Positions 17,947 to 27,498 of a DNA stretch of 64,000 bases are shown here, piece by piece. The position numbers and the translations under genes are program-made. This stretch comes from Candidatus Sabulitectum sp. (GTDB lineage Bacteria; Fermentibacterota; Fermentibacteria; Fermentibacterales; JCC-6). The notes beneath the pieces are model-generated. The model had not been told where the DNA came from. It worked only from the letters and a program-made list of their open reading frames with translations, and did not search any database. Every line of letters starts with the position of its first letter. Within the stretch, counting starts at the first letter, position 1. Location: the NCBI GenBank assembly GCA_023145375.1, contig JAGLDY010000012.1, forward strand, positions 45,861-109,860, in the 5' to 3' direction.

Positions 17947-20900
17947 CTACCCTCCGGTGTATTCATCAAGGCCTTTTATCTGGAGATCATCAAGTTTGAT
18001 CTCTCCCAGGGCTTCGCACAGCCTTCTTGCCGCCTGAAGGCTTGTCATTACCGGGATCCCACGGTCTGCAACGGATCTTCTCAGCTGATACCCCTGCTGG
18101 AATTCTTCATCACTTCTCCTGTGAGAAATGTAGATAAGAAGGTCAAATTTCTGTGATGCAAGTATCCTGTTTATATCTGAAGAACAGCTGTTTTTCAAGG
18201 AAGGCATAGTAAGAACAGGAATATTCATTGCTTCGAGAAAAGACGCAGTGCCGGGAGGGGCCCATATTTCCACTCCAAGTTTATCAAGCGTTCGCATTCC
18301 CTCAAGCATATCAGTTTTTGTTGAGACACCATCCAGGGATACCATTATTCTCTTCGGAGGGATCTCATATTCAACACACATAAGTGCTTTCAGATATGCT
18401 TCGTTGAAAGAAGTTCCCAGGGCAGCTACCTCGCCTGTGGAAGCCATCTCAACACCCGTTACAGGGTCTGACCCCTCCAGTCTTGTAAAAGAGAACTGGG
18501 GTGCCTTAACTCCAACATACCCCAGGTCAAGGAATCTCCAGGGTTCAGGCTCCATTACCTGACCCATTACCACATCTGTAGCCACTGTGATAAAGTTACG
18601 GTCCATTACTTTGGAGACAAATGGAAAGCTTCTTGAAGCTCTCAGATTACACTCTATCACCATCACTTTGTTGTCTCTGGCAAGCAGCTGGATATTGAAG
18701 GGTCCGTTAATATTCAGTGATCTTGCCACTCTGGCTGCAATGTCCCGGGACTGTCTCATTGTCTCAAGGTAGATCCTCTGTGGGGGAAAAACAAGCGTGG
18801 CGTCACCTGAATGAACTCCGGCATTCTCTACGTGTTCAGATATGGCTGACAGTATTATTTCTCCATCCTGAGCCACTCCGTCCAGGTCGATCTCACAAGC
18901 ACCCTCGATGAACTTGCTCACAACCACCGGGTGATCCCTGGAAATAGAGCATGCATTCTGAAGCAGGGTATCCAGCTGTTCAGGGTCTGTTGCAACTCCC
19001 ATAGCTGCGCCTGATAATACATACGAAGGTCTTACAAGTACCGGATATCCGACTTCAAAGGCAAACCTGTGCGCATCGGATCCTGATGAAGCTTCCTGCC
19101 AGGGCGGTTGGGGTATCTCAAGATCCTCCAGCAGTGAAGAAAAAATATGACGATTCTCTGCGCGATCAATGTCCTGGGCAGAAGTACCCAGGATCCGGAT
19201 GCCCTCTTTCATGCAGGGGAGAGCAAGGTTGTTGGCTACCTGTCCGCCCCCGTAAAGGATAACCCCTCTGGGATCTTCTCTGTGGTATATCTCCAGAACT
19301 GTTTCAAGGCTCAGTTCCTCAAAATACAACCTGTCGCTTTCGTCATAGTCGGTACTTACCGTTTCAGGGTTGTTGTTTATGACGATGGTGGGTACTTTCC
19401 TTGCGCGGAGAGCCTTTACAGCTGAGACACAGCACCAGTCAAACTCAACAGAACTGCCTACGCAGTATGTGCCGGAGCCAAGAACTATCACGCTTTCTCC
19501 GGAACATTTCTGAACATCATCCTCTGTTCCGTTGTATGTCAGATAGAGATAGTTGGTGGAGGCGGGATACTCTCCTGCAACTGTGTCTATCTGTTTTACA
19601 CACGGTCTTATGTTTTGAGAATATCTAAGTGACCTTATCCTGCTTTCTTCTGTGTTTAGACCATTGGCGACCTGCAGGTCGGAGAAACCTGCCTTCTTAA
19701 GCCTGACAAGAAGATCTCTGTGAAGCTCTTCCGGCTTTGTCCTTTGCAGGGTTCCTGCAAGTATGACGATCCTGCTGATTGCTTCCAGGAACCACAGATC
19801 AATACCTGTTCTCTTATTTATCTCTTCTGTGGTTCCTCCTTGCGCCAGGATCTCGGCTATTGCGAATATTCTGTTGTGAGAAGGGTTTTCCAGCTCCATT
19901 GAAGTGTATGCAGGGTGTCCGTCTTCATTATTCAGGATCAGACCCTGTTTCCCTGTCTGCAGCATCCTGATGGCTTTCTGTAGAGATTCCTCGAAGGACC
20001 GGGAGATAGCCATAACCTCTCCCACTGATTTCATTGAAGAACCTATCCTGTTGGAAACTCTTTTGAATTTTCCGAAGTCCCATCTTGGGATCTTAACCAC
20101 AACGTAGTCCATTGCAGGTTCAAAGGCGGCGGTTGTACAACCGGTAACAGAATTCTTTATTTCATATATTTTTTTACCCAATGCCAGCTTCGCCGCCACG
20201 TAAGCCAGAGGATATCCTGTCGCTTTTGAGGCGAGCGCCGAGCTTCTTGACAACCGAGCATTGGCCTCAATAATTCTGTACCCGTCGCCTTTGGGAGACA
20301 GGGCGAACTGGACATTGCATTCTCCTACGATGCCAAGAGTTGAAGCAACCTTAATGGCGGCTGATCTAAGCCTGTGATATTCAGAATTGTCAAGAGTTTG
20401 ACTTGGCGCAACAACGATGCTTTCACCTGTGTGGATCCCCATGGGGTCAAGATTCTCCATGTTGCAGATGGCAAGACACGTTCCTGCAGAATCACGGACT
20501 ATTTCATACTCTATCTCTTTCCAGCCCTCAAGATACTCTTCAATCAGCAGCTGATCTGCATGAGCGAACGCTTTTCCCGCTAGCAGTTCCAGCTCTTCCG
20601 GGTTCCTGCAGACACCGGAGCCCAGCCCGCCAAGGGCGTAGGCCACCCTGGCAATGCAGGGAAATCCAATTTCCTCTCCGGCAGCGATAGCCTCGATCAA
20701 ACTGTGTGCTGCTCTGCTGGCGGGAATTGGCAGTTTTTCTTTCCGGAGATGGTCCGCAAAGCTCTGTCTGTCCTCAGATAGAAGAATTGCACTGACAGGT
20801 GTACCAAGGATATGAACACCGTGTTTTTCGAAAACACCTTCTTTGTAGAGAGATACACCGCAGTTCAGGGCTGTTTGTCCCCCTGACGCAAGAACGATGG

Positions 20901-21141
20901 CGTCAGGTCTCTCTCTCTCTATTACCTGCCTCACGAAGAAGGGTGTTACAGGAAGGAGATATATACGGTCAGCCATGTGCTTTGAGGTCTGGACAGTTGC
21001 AATATTCGGGTTTACGAGAATGGTTCTGATGCCCTCTTCAGAAAGAGATTTCAGGGTCTGGCTGCCGGAGTAGTCAAATTCACCGGCTTCCCCTATCTTC
21101 AGAGCTGCGCTTCCAAGAACAAGTACACTCTTGTAATTCAT
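17947..21141 (-). CDS. carB: carbamoyl-phosphate synthase large subunit
   Basis: N-terminal LVLGSAALKIGEAGEFDYSGSQ. Duplicated ATP-grasp halves and a C-terminal MGS-like domain. The ATG overlaps the carA stop (ATGA). Confidence 0.95.
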   Translation of the reverse strand: MNYKSVLVLGSAALKIGEAGEFDYSGSQTLKSLSEEGIRTILVNPNIATVQTSKHMADRIYLLPVTPFFVRQVIERERPDAIVLASGGQTALNCGVSLYKEGVFEKHGVHILGTPVSAILLSEDRQSFADHLRKEKLPIPASRAAHSLIEAIAAGEEIGFPCIARVAYALGGLGSGVCRNPEELELLAGKAFAHADQLLIEEYLEGWKEIEYEIVRDSAGTCLAICNMENLDPMGIHTGESIVVAPSQTLDNSEYHRLRSAAIKVASTLGIVGECNVQFALSPKGDGYRIIEANARLSRSSALASKATGYPLAYVAAKLALGKKIYEIKNSVTGCTTAAFEPAMDYVVVKIPRWDFGKFKRVSNRIGSSMKSVGEVMAISRSFEESLQKAIRMLQTGKQGLILNNEDGHPAYTSMELENPSHNRIFAIAEILAQGGTTEEINKRTGIDLWFLEAISRIVILAGTLQRTKPEELHRDLLVRLKKAGFSDLQVANGLNTEESRIRSLRYSQNIRPCVKQIDTVAGEYPASTNYLYLTYNGTEDDVQKCSGESVIVLGSGTYCVGSSVEFDWCCVSAVKALRARKVPTIVINNNPETVSTDYDESDRLYFEELSLETVLEIYHREDPRGVILYGGGQVANNLALPCMKEGIRILGTSAQDIDRAENRHIFSSLLEDLEIPQPPWQEASSGSDAHRFAFEVGYPVLVRPSYVLSGAAMGVATDPEQLDTLLQNACSISRDHPVVVSKFIEGACEIDLDGVAQDGEIILSAISEHVENAGVHSGDATLVFPPQRIYLETMRQSRDIAARVARSLNINGPFNIQLLARDNKVMVIECNLRASRSFPFVSKVMDRNFITVATDVVMGQVMEPEPWRFLDLGYVGVKAPQFSFTRLEGSDPVTGVEMASTGEVAALGTSFNEAYLKALMCVEYEIPPKRIMVSLDGVSTKTDMLEGMRTLDKLGVEIWAPPGTASFLEAMNIPVLTMPSLKNSCSSDINRILASQKFDLLIYISHRRSDEEFQQGYQLRRSVADRGIPVMTSLQAARRLCEALGEIKLDDLQIKGLDEYTGG

Positions 21142-22262
21142 GAGCTTCCGCCTTCCCATTTCCTGAATACGTCTTTTGCAAATTCACTGAAGATCCCACC
21201 GGCATCCAAAGGCCCCGGGGAGGCCTCAGGGTGGAATTGCACTCCGATTATTGGCTTTTCTCTGTGCCGTATACCCTCGACAGATCCATCATTGACATTG
21301 GTAAAGCAGATATCCCAGTCATGTGGCAGTGAATTCCTGGTAACCTGGTATCCGTGGTTCTGCGAAGTTAGAAGAAATTGAGGAAAGTCGACATTTTCCT
21401 CAAGGCATGGCTGATTCTGACTCCTGTGGCCGTACTTCATCTTCTCTGTGGATCCACCAGCTGCCAGGGCGATTATCTGATGACCCAGGCAAATCCCTAA
21501 AACTGGTACTCCAAGGTCCATTGCATCCCTGATGGTGTCTATGGTTTCAGTCCATTGCTCTGGGTCACCAGGACCGTTTGATATGAGAATACCGGAACAG
21601 TCGACACCGCTGAGGGAATTGTTAAAGGGAATCCTTAGAACATCCATTTTCCTGAGTAGGAGATTTCTTATTATGCTTGTTTTTACCCCGCAGTCGATCA
21701 GTGCAACCAGGGGTGCCTCTGCTTCTCCGCAACTGTAGGAAGTCACTTCTTGAAGGGTTGATTTGCACTGCTCTGCGGCGGTTGCGGTGGAGTGAACCAG
21801 CGGAATGGTTCCTGTCTTAATTGAGCCGGGTACTGTGCCGGACTCTCTCAGATGTTTTGTTATCGCTCTGGTATCAACATCACAGATCGCCGGGATATTA
21901 TTCTTTACCAGCCAGTCCCGAAGACTCTCCATTTTATTGAAATGGCTGGGAGTATCGCAGAACGATGAAACAACGAGACCGGCAACGCAGATCCTCTCCG
22001 ACTCGAATTCAACAGGAAGGGCAAATCTGTCTCTAACTCTTCCGGGAACTCCGTAATTCCCCACCAGTGGAAAGGTGAGAACCAATATCTGCCCGGTATA
22101 GGACGGGTCGGTGAGGGCCTCCGTGTATCCCACCATTCCAGTGTAAAAAACAACCTCTCCGGTCACAGACCTTTCGGCTCCAAAAGATTTACCAGTGAAT
22201 ATTAACCCACTACCAATGTTTAGCTCCAGCTCTCCGGCATCTTCTGTTTCTGCAGAGTTCAC
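21138..22262 (-). CDS. carA: carbamoyl-phosphate synthase small subunit (glutamine amidotransferase)
   Basis: GTG start with a GGGAGG SD. GATase motif ICLGHQIIALAAGG. About 374 aa. Confidence 0.95.
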   Translation of the reverse strand: MNSAETEDAGELELNIGSGLIFTGKSFGAERSVTGEVVFYTGMVGYTEALTDPSYTGQILVLTFPLVGNYGVPGRVRDRFALPVEFESERICVAGLVVSSFCDTPSHFNKMESLRDWLVKNNIPAICDVDTRAITKHLRESGTVPGSIKTGTIPLVHSTATAAEQCKSTLQEVTSYSCGEAEAPLVALIDCGVKTSIIRNLLLRKMDVLRIPFNNSLSGVDCSGILISNGPGDPEQWTETIDTIRDAMDLGVPVLGICLGHQIIALAAGGSTEKMKYGHRSQNQPCLEENVDFPQFLLTSQNHGYQVTRNSLPHDWDICFTNVNDGSVEGIRHREKPIIGVQFHPEASPGPLDAGGIFSEFAKDVFRKWEGGSS

Positions 22263-22297
22263 TCTTCCTCCCGATCATGTTCAGTTGTTGTCCAGAT

Positions 22298-22753
22298 CTA
22301 CTCCAGCATGCTGCTCATCTGCTCACATATATCTATTGCGGCCTTTTTATCTGAGGTAACACAGATAACTGTGTTGTCTCCTCCAACAGAACCCAGGAGC
22401 CCATCGAGACCTGCGCAATCAATTACCCTTGCTATCGCCTGCGCTTCAGCCGGATTTGTGTACACAACTACAATGTTACCGCTGGTGGCAACGCCAGTTA
22501 CAGAAATATAGAACCTTCTCTGCATTCCAATCGTTGTCTCTTTCCTCTGCTCTTCATCTGAAACCTGATAGATGAAAGAACCGTCAGCAGATGGCTTTCT
22601 GTAGGCACCGAGGGAATTAAGATCCCTGGAAAGACTTGACTGAGAAACCTCGATGCCATTTTCCGCAAGGAGTTCTCTTAATTCAAGTTGACTGCCGGTA
22701 GCTTTTTCCTCCAGAATGCTTACTATCATGTCAAGGCGCTGTTTTCTGCTCAT
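22298..22753 (-). CDS. argR: arginine repressor
   Basis: N-terminal wHTH MSRKQRLDMIVSILEE...SQSSLSRDL. C-terminal oligomerisation/arginine-binding GD-containing domain. 35 nt upstream of carA. Confidence 0.9.
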   Translation of the reverse strand: MSRKQRLDMIVSILEEKATGSQLELRELLAENGIEVSQSSLSRDLNSLGAYRKPSADGSFIYQVSDEEQRKETTIGMQRRFYISVTGVATSGNIVVVYTNPAEAQAIARVIDCAGLDGLLGSVGGDNTVICVTSDKKAAIDICEQMSSMLE

Positions 22754-22791
22754 GCCCCCCCCCTCTTGGATTAGAATAAATGCAAATCGGG

Positions 22792-22821
22792 CGAATATAT
22801 ATGCAGAATAGAAATTGTCAA
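22792..22821 (-). promoter_or_regulatory. argR promoter (TTGACA-N16-TATATT) overlapping an ARG-box-like palindrome
   Basis: On the argR coding strand: TTGACA atttctattctgcata TATATT, and tcTGCATATATATTCGcc, which matches the ARG-box consensus TNTGAATWWWWATTCANW at about 16 of 18 positions. Confidence 0.4.
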
Positions 22822-23285
22822 CAAAACAGTGAGGTACAGTTAGCAGAAGTTATCTATCGGGGTTGGCGATCCTGGTTTACAATACATACAAATAGGCTTA
22901 GCGGCCCAGGATCTTCAGGAAGTTCAACCTCTCTTACCACAGTTGCATTTTCAAGTGACTGTATAAGGCCCAGGTCAGCCATGACGTCACTGCCCAGTCC
23001 TGTGAAGCGATTGTCCCCGGAGCAAAAGAGCCTTCCCGGGACAATTCCTGGTTGATCTGCAACAGGAACAAAGCCACCGCTGTCATCAGAAAGACTGACC
23101 CAGTGGGATACAAGAGAATCAGTATCACGCTGTAGACAGGAAAGACCTTGCCCCACGTCTTCATAGAAGCAGGATCCATCCTAGAAGAACATCTGGTGGG
23201 GGTGCCACAACATGGTTTCCGGAAAGCCCTGCTCTGCCATGTGCATTTTTATCCCAAGAAAGCTGTAGCTGTCAAGGAAGAGGGA

Positions 23286-24188
23286 TCACAGGGAGCCTAG
23301 CATCATAAAAAAGCCGAAGAGTGCCATTGCAGATCCGGAGATTAGATGAAGGGTCAATTCCAATCTCTTCATAGAGTCCTGCATCAGTCCACTTATCCGA
23401 TTCCTAAAAAGAATGGTGAGGAGACCAAGGACAGCAAGAAGGATCCCCATCCCAAGAGACATCATCAGTACGGAAATAATTCCAATTGGCAGAGCGTTCC
23501 CGGCGATTGCAAGTATTATTATTGCTGAAGCCGCAGGGCAGGGGACCAGACCGGAGAGGATCAACCCTCCAATCCCTGTCTTCTTGGTGCTCTTCAAGGG
23601 GTTATCTTTTGACTTGTGTTCACGGATCCCCTGAAAGATCATCCATATCCCAAGAATAAGGATGATCGCATAAGTGACAGGAAAGAGAATTGTCTGAGTT
23701 TTGTCTACGGAGACAAGCAGAGAGCGGGTGGTAAACAGATAGAGGCCTCCAACAAGTAGAATTGCGCTTGCTGCATGTACCAGAGCCAGAAGGAAACCGG
23801 TGATGAATCCCTTGATGGGTTTTGTCTTCTCTCCGAGAAAGTAGGTGACCAGAACAGCTTTTCTGTGCCCGGGGCCCATGACATGGAGAATACCGAACAC
23901 AAAAGAAACGCCAAGAAGAAGTCCAATACTGCGTAAGTTGCCTTTGTTTGTAACATCATCCATGCTGCTGGCAATTATCTGTTGCAGAGATCTCTGGGCA
24001 GCAGTACTTTTCAAAAAAAGAGAACCTACCACCGGCCAGCTTGCAGGTCCTCCGGGACTCATAGCAATCTCAGATGATTCTTCACCTGCGGGAGAGCCTC
24101 CTGAAAGAAAGGGGTTTGTCTGGGAATAGGCGGAGGAGCTCAGGAGGATAAGGAGCAGGTACATAACTGAGTAAGAACCTTTTGTCAT
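23286..24188 (-). CDS. NicO/RcnA-family nickel/cobalt transporter (COG2215)
   Basis: HVMGPGHRK metal-binding signature, multiple TM helices, and a signal peptide. Overlaps the upstream DUF1007 gene by ATGA. Confidence 0.65.
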   Translation of the reverse strand: MTKGSYSVMYLLLILLSSSAYSQTNPFLSGGSPAGEESSEIAMSPGGPASWPVVGSLFLKSTAAQRSLQQIIASSMDDVTNKGNLRSIGLLLGVSFVFGILHVMGPGHRKAVLVTYFLGEKTKPIKGFITGFLLALVHAASAILLVGGLYLFTTRSLLVSVDKTQTILFPVTYAIILILGIWMIFQGIREHKSKDNPLKSTKKTGIGGLILSGLVPCPAASAIIILAIAGNALPIGIISVLMMSLGMGILLAVLGLLTILFRNRISGLMQDSMKRLELTLHLISGSAMALFGFFMMLGSL

Positions 24189-24808
24189 GGTCTGTCCGAA
24201 TTCAGATACACCACAAGTTGCTGTGGGTAGGCGGTTCCGGAGTAAGTACTTCCATCTCTTGAAACAGAAACAGTTCCTCCATAAGATATAGCAATATCAT
24301 CATTCTGCTGGATCTCGAATTCCGCGTTCTCGCTTCCAGGGCCAGTGAGTGTTATCGGAGATCCTTCTCTGTAGAGGATATCACAGTAATAAGTACGGTC
24401 GTAAATGGCCACTCTTAATTCACCGCCGGGAACAGGCGTATTGAAGGGGCAGAAGAAGCTGTAGACAAGGGTACTTTCATCCAAAAAAACCGAGAATTCT
24501 TCTATTGCGCCTGGGGATAATGTATGATCGTCAATTGTCAGGAATGTGAAATAATCAGAGCTATGAAGATTTGAGAATGCATTTGCATAAACCTCCCCGG
24601 TTTCTCCCGGGGAAAACTGACCGTTTCCGTTTCTATCAAAATCCGCTGTGATGGCAGCTGTAAACATGGGATCAAAATACCAGGTAATCTCGATACCCAC
24701 CAGCATATCTTGATTAAGTCTTACTTCCATTTCCGTATCTATGAACATATGGGGATGAGCAGATGCGCATGCAAATAGCCCAGCAAGCAGCAGCATTAAG
24801 AATTTCAA
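24185..24808 (-). CDS. DUF1007-family periplasmic protein (COG3683), partner of NicO
   Basis: TTG start with a GGAGGG SD at 5-nt spacing. Signal peptide. AHPHMFIDTE motif typical of DUF1007. Confidence 0.65.
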   Translation of the reverse strand: MKFLMLLLAGLFACASAHPHMFIDTEMEVRLNQDMLVGIEITWYFDPMFTAAITADFDRNGNGQFSPGETGEVYANAFSNLHSSDYFTFLTIDDHTLSPGAIEEFSVFLDESTLVYSFFCPFNTPVPGGELRVAIYDRTYYCDILYREGSPITLTGPGSENAEFEIQQNDDIAISYGGTVSVSRDGSTYSGTAYPQQLVVYLNSDRP

Positions 24809-24878
24809 ATTAACCCTCCGGGGTTGATCAACTCACCACTAACATACATAGGGAGGAGTGAAACGACTCAGTTCAAAT

Positions 24879-26096
24879 TTACCTGTTTTTTTCCGGCAAT
24901 CCCAGAAGCACATCAATACTGGATGGTATGGGAGGGTAGTCCACTGTAAGCCTCAGCAACCTGTAATCCGCAGGGTCTTCTCCAAGATTGTGGAAGCAGC
25001 TCTCAATAAGATTGCAGTATTCAGGGACTCCAGGAACGGGGACAGGCGCTCTGCCAGCGCTGAAGAGAACCGGCTGTTCATTAAGGGGGAGAAGGTCTCC
25101 AGGGGTCATTTGACTCATATCATCCGAGCAGAAAAGTCTGCTCCACATCTCAAGCTGATAGGGGCTGCTACTGAATTCTCCGGGCATAAAGACCTCTACT
25201 ACGATCTTTCTAGTAGGTGTTCTTGAAGAATTGTTCAGCGCGACTCCATCGTCAGGGCTCTTTCGGTAGAGAATACCTGTGTCACGGATAACTTCTGCGG
25301 TGAAAAGGTTTATAGCACTGGTTTTCCCCATTCCCATTCCTTTAAGGAAATAGCTGGTTCTTCCTGATCTACTGGTAACACTTCCAAAGTCCGGCAGTTC
25401 AGCGGAACAGAATTCCCTTACAAGGGGAGGCTCACCATCATTAATAGGGAAGAGAAAATCACGGTGCGGGGTGCTTTTTATCTTTCCAGTAGAATCCAGA
25501 ATGTAGGTGCTGGCAACCCGCCAGGGAACATCAGGTCTGATGAGAAAGAGACCGATATGCCCACGGATCCTGCATATATCAAGCATGTTATTCCCGGATC
25601 TGGCAGGGGTAAGGATGACGGATGACAGCTGGACATCACTCTGTATACCAAAAGTGTAGCAGTTACCCTCAAAGGATTTTCTTCTGTGGATTGAATCGTT
25701 TCCAGCCCGTTCCTCAACGGAAAGATTGGCCAGCATGATCTCAAGTTCTTTTCTGCTTCCTGCGTATGTTCTCTTTAGCTTTTCCAGATCAATAAATGCT
25801 TCACGAAGGTCATTTACCTTTCTGCTGGAGCAATTGGATTCCAGGGCCTTTACACAGAAGTTTCCAATTGCTTTCCGTCCCGGCAGGTATTTTCCCAGAC
25901 TGAATACATCCGTGCTGTTAACCAGTCTGCTGACCTTCCAGGCAAGATTCATATCAATTCCCATGAACTCACAGATATCTACAGGGCGGATTATCGCAGG
26001 ATCACCATACTCACCGATGATTGATGCAAGCGCCCTCTGTAGCTTTTCCAGAACAGTTTGCGCCCTATCTTCAAACTCAGTCAATGCAAACTCCAT
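24879..26096 (-). CDS. hypothetical protein, 405 aa, no recognised domain
   Basis: Long intact ORF with moderate codon-usage consistency. No signal peptide. No motif I can assign. Confidence 0.45.
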   Translation of the reverse strand: MEFALTEFEDRAQTVLEKLQRALASIIGEYGDPAIIRPVDICEFMGIDMNLAWKVSRLVNSTDVFSLGKYLPGRKAIGNFCVKALESNCSSRKVNDLREAFIDLEKLKRTYAGSRKELEIMLANLSVEERAGNDSIHRRKSFEGNCYTFGIQSDVQLSSVILTPARSGNNMLDICRIRGHIGLFLIRPDVPWRVASTYILDSTGKIKSTPHRDFLFPINDGEPPLVREFCSAELPDFGSVTSRSGRTSYFLKGMGMGKTSAINLFTAEVIRDTGILYRKSPDDGVALNNSSRTPTRKIVVEVFMPGEFSSSPYQLEMWSRLFCSDDMSQMTPGDLLPLNEQPVLFSAGRAPVPVPGVPEYCNLIESCFHNLGEDPADYRLLRLTVDYPPIPSSIDVLLGLPEKNR

Positions 26097-26273
26097 CCTG
26101 AGATAACGGACAGTGATATTTTTTAAAAATTATTGTGTAACATACCGAAGACAAGTGGTTCTCTGCAATTCTCTCTGTTCTGGCCTTCTCGTGGGAATTC
26201 AATCATACTCCAGAGAGCAGAGGATGTGAATTTGATAATAGATGATGATAGCCTGAGCAGGCAGAGAAAAGAA

Positions 26274-26864
26274 ATGGTAAAACTGCTTGAGATCCGCGGG
26301 ATAAAGGACAGAATGGTTCTTGAGGCAATGGGGGTTGTAGAAAGGCATCTGTTTATTCCACGAGTCCGCGGAATTCTTCCAACCAGATCTCCGTACGGAG
26401 ATCATCCTTCTCCAATAGGATACGGTCAGACCATTTCACAACCTTTTGTGGTTGCTTATATGCTTGAAAGAATGATGCTTATCTCGGGCGAGAAAGTTCT
26501 CGAGGTTGGGACCGGATCCGGATACCTTGCAGCAGTTCTTGATGCAATGAGTGCTGAGGTATTCACTATTGAGATCGTTCCTGGACTGGCCAGACATGCT
26601 GTGGGAGTTTTGAACAGCAGGGTTAATGTCCTGGAGGGGGATGGGTATTCAGGCTGGCTGGAGATGGCTCCCTTTGATGTTATCATTGTAAGTTGCGCTC
26701 CGGAGGAAGTGCCTGATGCTCTGGTTGAACAGCTTGGAGTAAATGGGAGAATGATACTGCCGGTTGGTGATGTTTCGCAGAGACTGGTCGTCCTTGGTAA
26801 AAGGGATGGAGAGATATACACCTGGAACGACCTGCCAGTTCGATTTGTTCCCATGGTACATTGA
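26274..26864 (+). CDS. pcm: protein-L-isoaspartate O-methyltransferase
   Basis: ATG at 26274 (the ORF-track start at 26133 is too early). Signatures YGQTISQPFVVAYMLE and VLEVGTGSGYLAAVL SAM-binding motif. Confidence 0.9.
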   Translation: MVKLLEIRGIKDRMVLEAMGVVERHLFIPRVRGILPTRSPYGDHPSPIGYGQTISQPFVVAYMLERMMLISGEKVLEVGTGSGYLAAVLDAMSAEVFTIEIVPGLARHAVGVLNSRVNVLEGDGYSGWLEMAPFDVIIVSCAPEEVPDALVEQLGVNGRMILPVGDVSQRLVVLGKRDGEIYTWNDLPVRFVPMVH

Positions 26865-26870
26865 GAAGAG

Positions 26871-27266
26871 CTATTCTACGAAATTAACACTTTCGATGAA
26901 TGAGTTAATGACAAATGCACGAACGATATTTGACTTCTGGTCGATGGGAAGAATGTAGAACCCGGTTTTTTCTCTATCAACAGTTTCCGATGTTCCAAAG
27001 AACAGTTCTCCGTCATAAAAAGAAACAACGATGTGTTTACCGGAGGCGCTGGTCTCAGTGAAGTCATTAGAATCTATACGGAGAAAATCACCCTCGAAAT
27101 CTTTAACAAAAAATACAGCCTTGAGGTTTTCCAGTCTTACTTCCTCCCTGCACAGAGGATCATTCACAGCGATCATGTGAAAGCTGTTTCCCTCTGGAGA
27201 AAAATCTGCTGAATACCCCTTTGCAATCTCTCCATTTTTCAAATGCACCACAAGCCTGTCCAACAT
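26871..27266 (-). CDS. conserved small protein of unknown function, paralog B of 16145..16537
   Basis: AGGAGG upstream of the ATG at 27266 (the listed start at 27326 is a TTG extension). Same motif series as paralog A. Confidence 0.6.
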   Translation of the reverse strand: MLDRLVVHLKNGEIAKGYSADFSPEGNSFHMIAVNDPLCREEVRLENLKAVFFVKDFEGDFLRIDSNDFTETSASGKHIVVSFYDGELFFGTSETVDREKTGFYILPIDQKSNIVRAFVINSFIESVNFVE

Positions 27267-27498
27267 ATACCTCCTGTAAGCCTGCAAGGCTACTTTGATG
27301 TTAATCCCATAAAGAGCCTGCGTCAATGGAGCGTGTTGCCTGTATTTTTAGAAAGTTTGTTGGAATAACCTTTTGCAGTAAGGTGTGTTTGTAAGAAATC
27401 TTCGGAAAAGGATAACAAGAAGCGAAGTTCCCGTCTGTATGATGGATTCTCTATATCCTTTCAGGGAGAACTGGTAGAGAAGCAGGCAAGATCCTGGG

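Noticed and set aside
22780-23285. Overlapping ORFs of 81-100 aa in the argR-NicO intergenic region
   Set aside because: They overlap each other in different frames, have no SDs and no domain signal. The region is better explained as the argR promoter/operator plus 3' UTR.
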